DNA from: Podarcis gaigeae
Taxonomy: Eukaryota
NCBI GenBank assembly: GCA_964106915.2
Contig: OZ066922.1
DNA: 64,000 nt
Reading direction: 5' to 3' (one strand)
The position numbers were made by a program, and so were the translations under genes. Below, piece after piece: positions 63,407 through 64,000 of the stretch (its first letter is position 1; each line of letters begins with the position of its first letter). The notes under the pieces were generated by a model. That model was not told where the DNA came from and ran no database searches. It saw nothing but the letters and a program-made list of their open reading frames with translations.

Positions 63407-64000
63407 TCTGAAATTCCGGTGATGTATATAGGATGACTGCAGAGCTATACCACAGCAAATGGCTTCTGTTCTGAATTGCAACTGGAGTAAGGATCCCCCT
63501 CCCCCCCCAAAAAAAAACCCCAACCAAGGCTGATTGATTCACCAACATTCATTTATTATTTTTTGAGCTTGTTTGTTGTCCGGTGACATATATGTGAATG
63601 CATCTTTCCCTAAAGTCTCACATATGATCTAAAACCTTAACTCATTAAAAAAAAGAAAATGCCTGATACGTTCTGATTTTTATCTATATTGTGTTGCCAA
63701 GCAGGAAGGATTCTAAGCATTCAAATTAAATAACAATGTAAAACCCATTTGGAACATTTATGATATTTGTAACATAAGATATATAATCAATTGATAAGAA
63801 GTTGGGATGAACTTTTATTTTCTGCGTAACTGATGTAAAAGTTTGCCTTTCATGTCATTTTATTTCTTGAGCTACCTCAAATTGTGTAAAATTATGGAAA
63901 TAAACATATTACTGGAGATAAAAGTTTCAAGGGTGTATAACTCAATCCCATAGAAGTTTTGTTGGGGAGTGAGAGTTGTATTTCATGAGGAGGAAACCGA

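Noticed and set aside
62451-63422. 112-193 aa ORFs as a host gene
   Set aside because: Frameshifted remnants of RTE LINE reverse transcriptase.
55605-64000. SLC10A7 exon 11 (GIPMLKIVF...)
   Set aside because: Not found; presumably downstream of the window.

Overview
AT-rich vertebrate genomic DNA from a squamate reptile, probably a lacertid lizard (inferred from Sauria/Squam1 SINEs, a Squam3-like SINE with a (CTT)n tail, and BovB/RTE, L2 and L1 remnants). The whole window appears to lie inside one + strand gene, SLC10A7. Five coding exons with canonical AG/GT sites splice in frame: 33797-33832, 41370-41453, 50799-50964, 53505-53556 and 55531-55604. They correspond to human exons 6-10 by recalled homology and encode GIVITPLLLLLF...STHKSLTL(G). 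The rest is intronic and holds many transposon copies: Tc1/mariner-type MITEs with TA TSDs, hAT elements with 8-bp TSDs, SINEs, LINE fragments and a probable solo LTR. There is also a 132-N assembly gap and several repeat-poor, homeobox-motif-rich blocks that may be conserved enhancers. I found no evidence of a new protein-coding system. The most interesting unexplained signals are a 37-bp-stem hairpin that folds better on the host gene's sense strand (28337-28437), a 40-nt palindromic module shared by MITEs of two different superfamilies, a tail-to-tail inverted Sauria SINE pair with a nested hAT MITE, a short RTE-tailed non-autonomous element, and an in-frame cryptic acceptor in exon 9. Family names come from recall, not from database searches.
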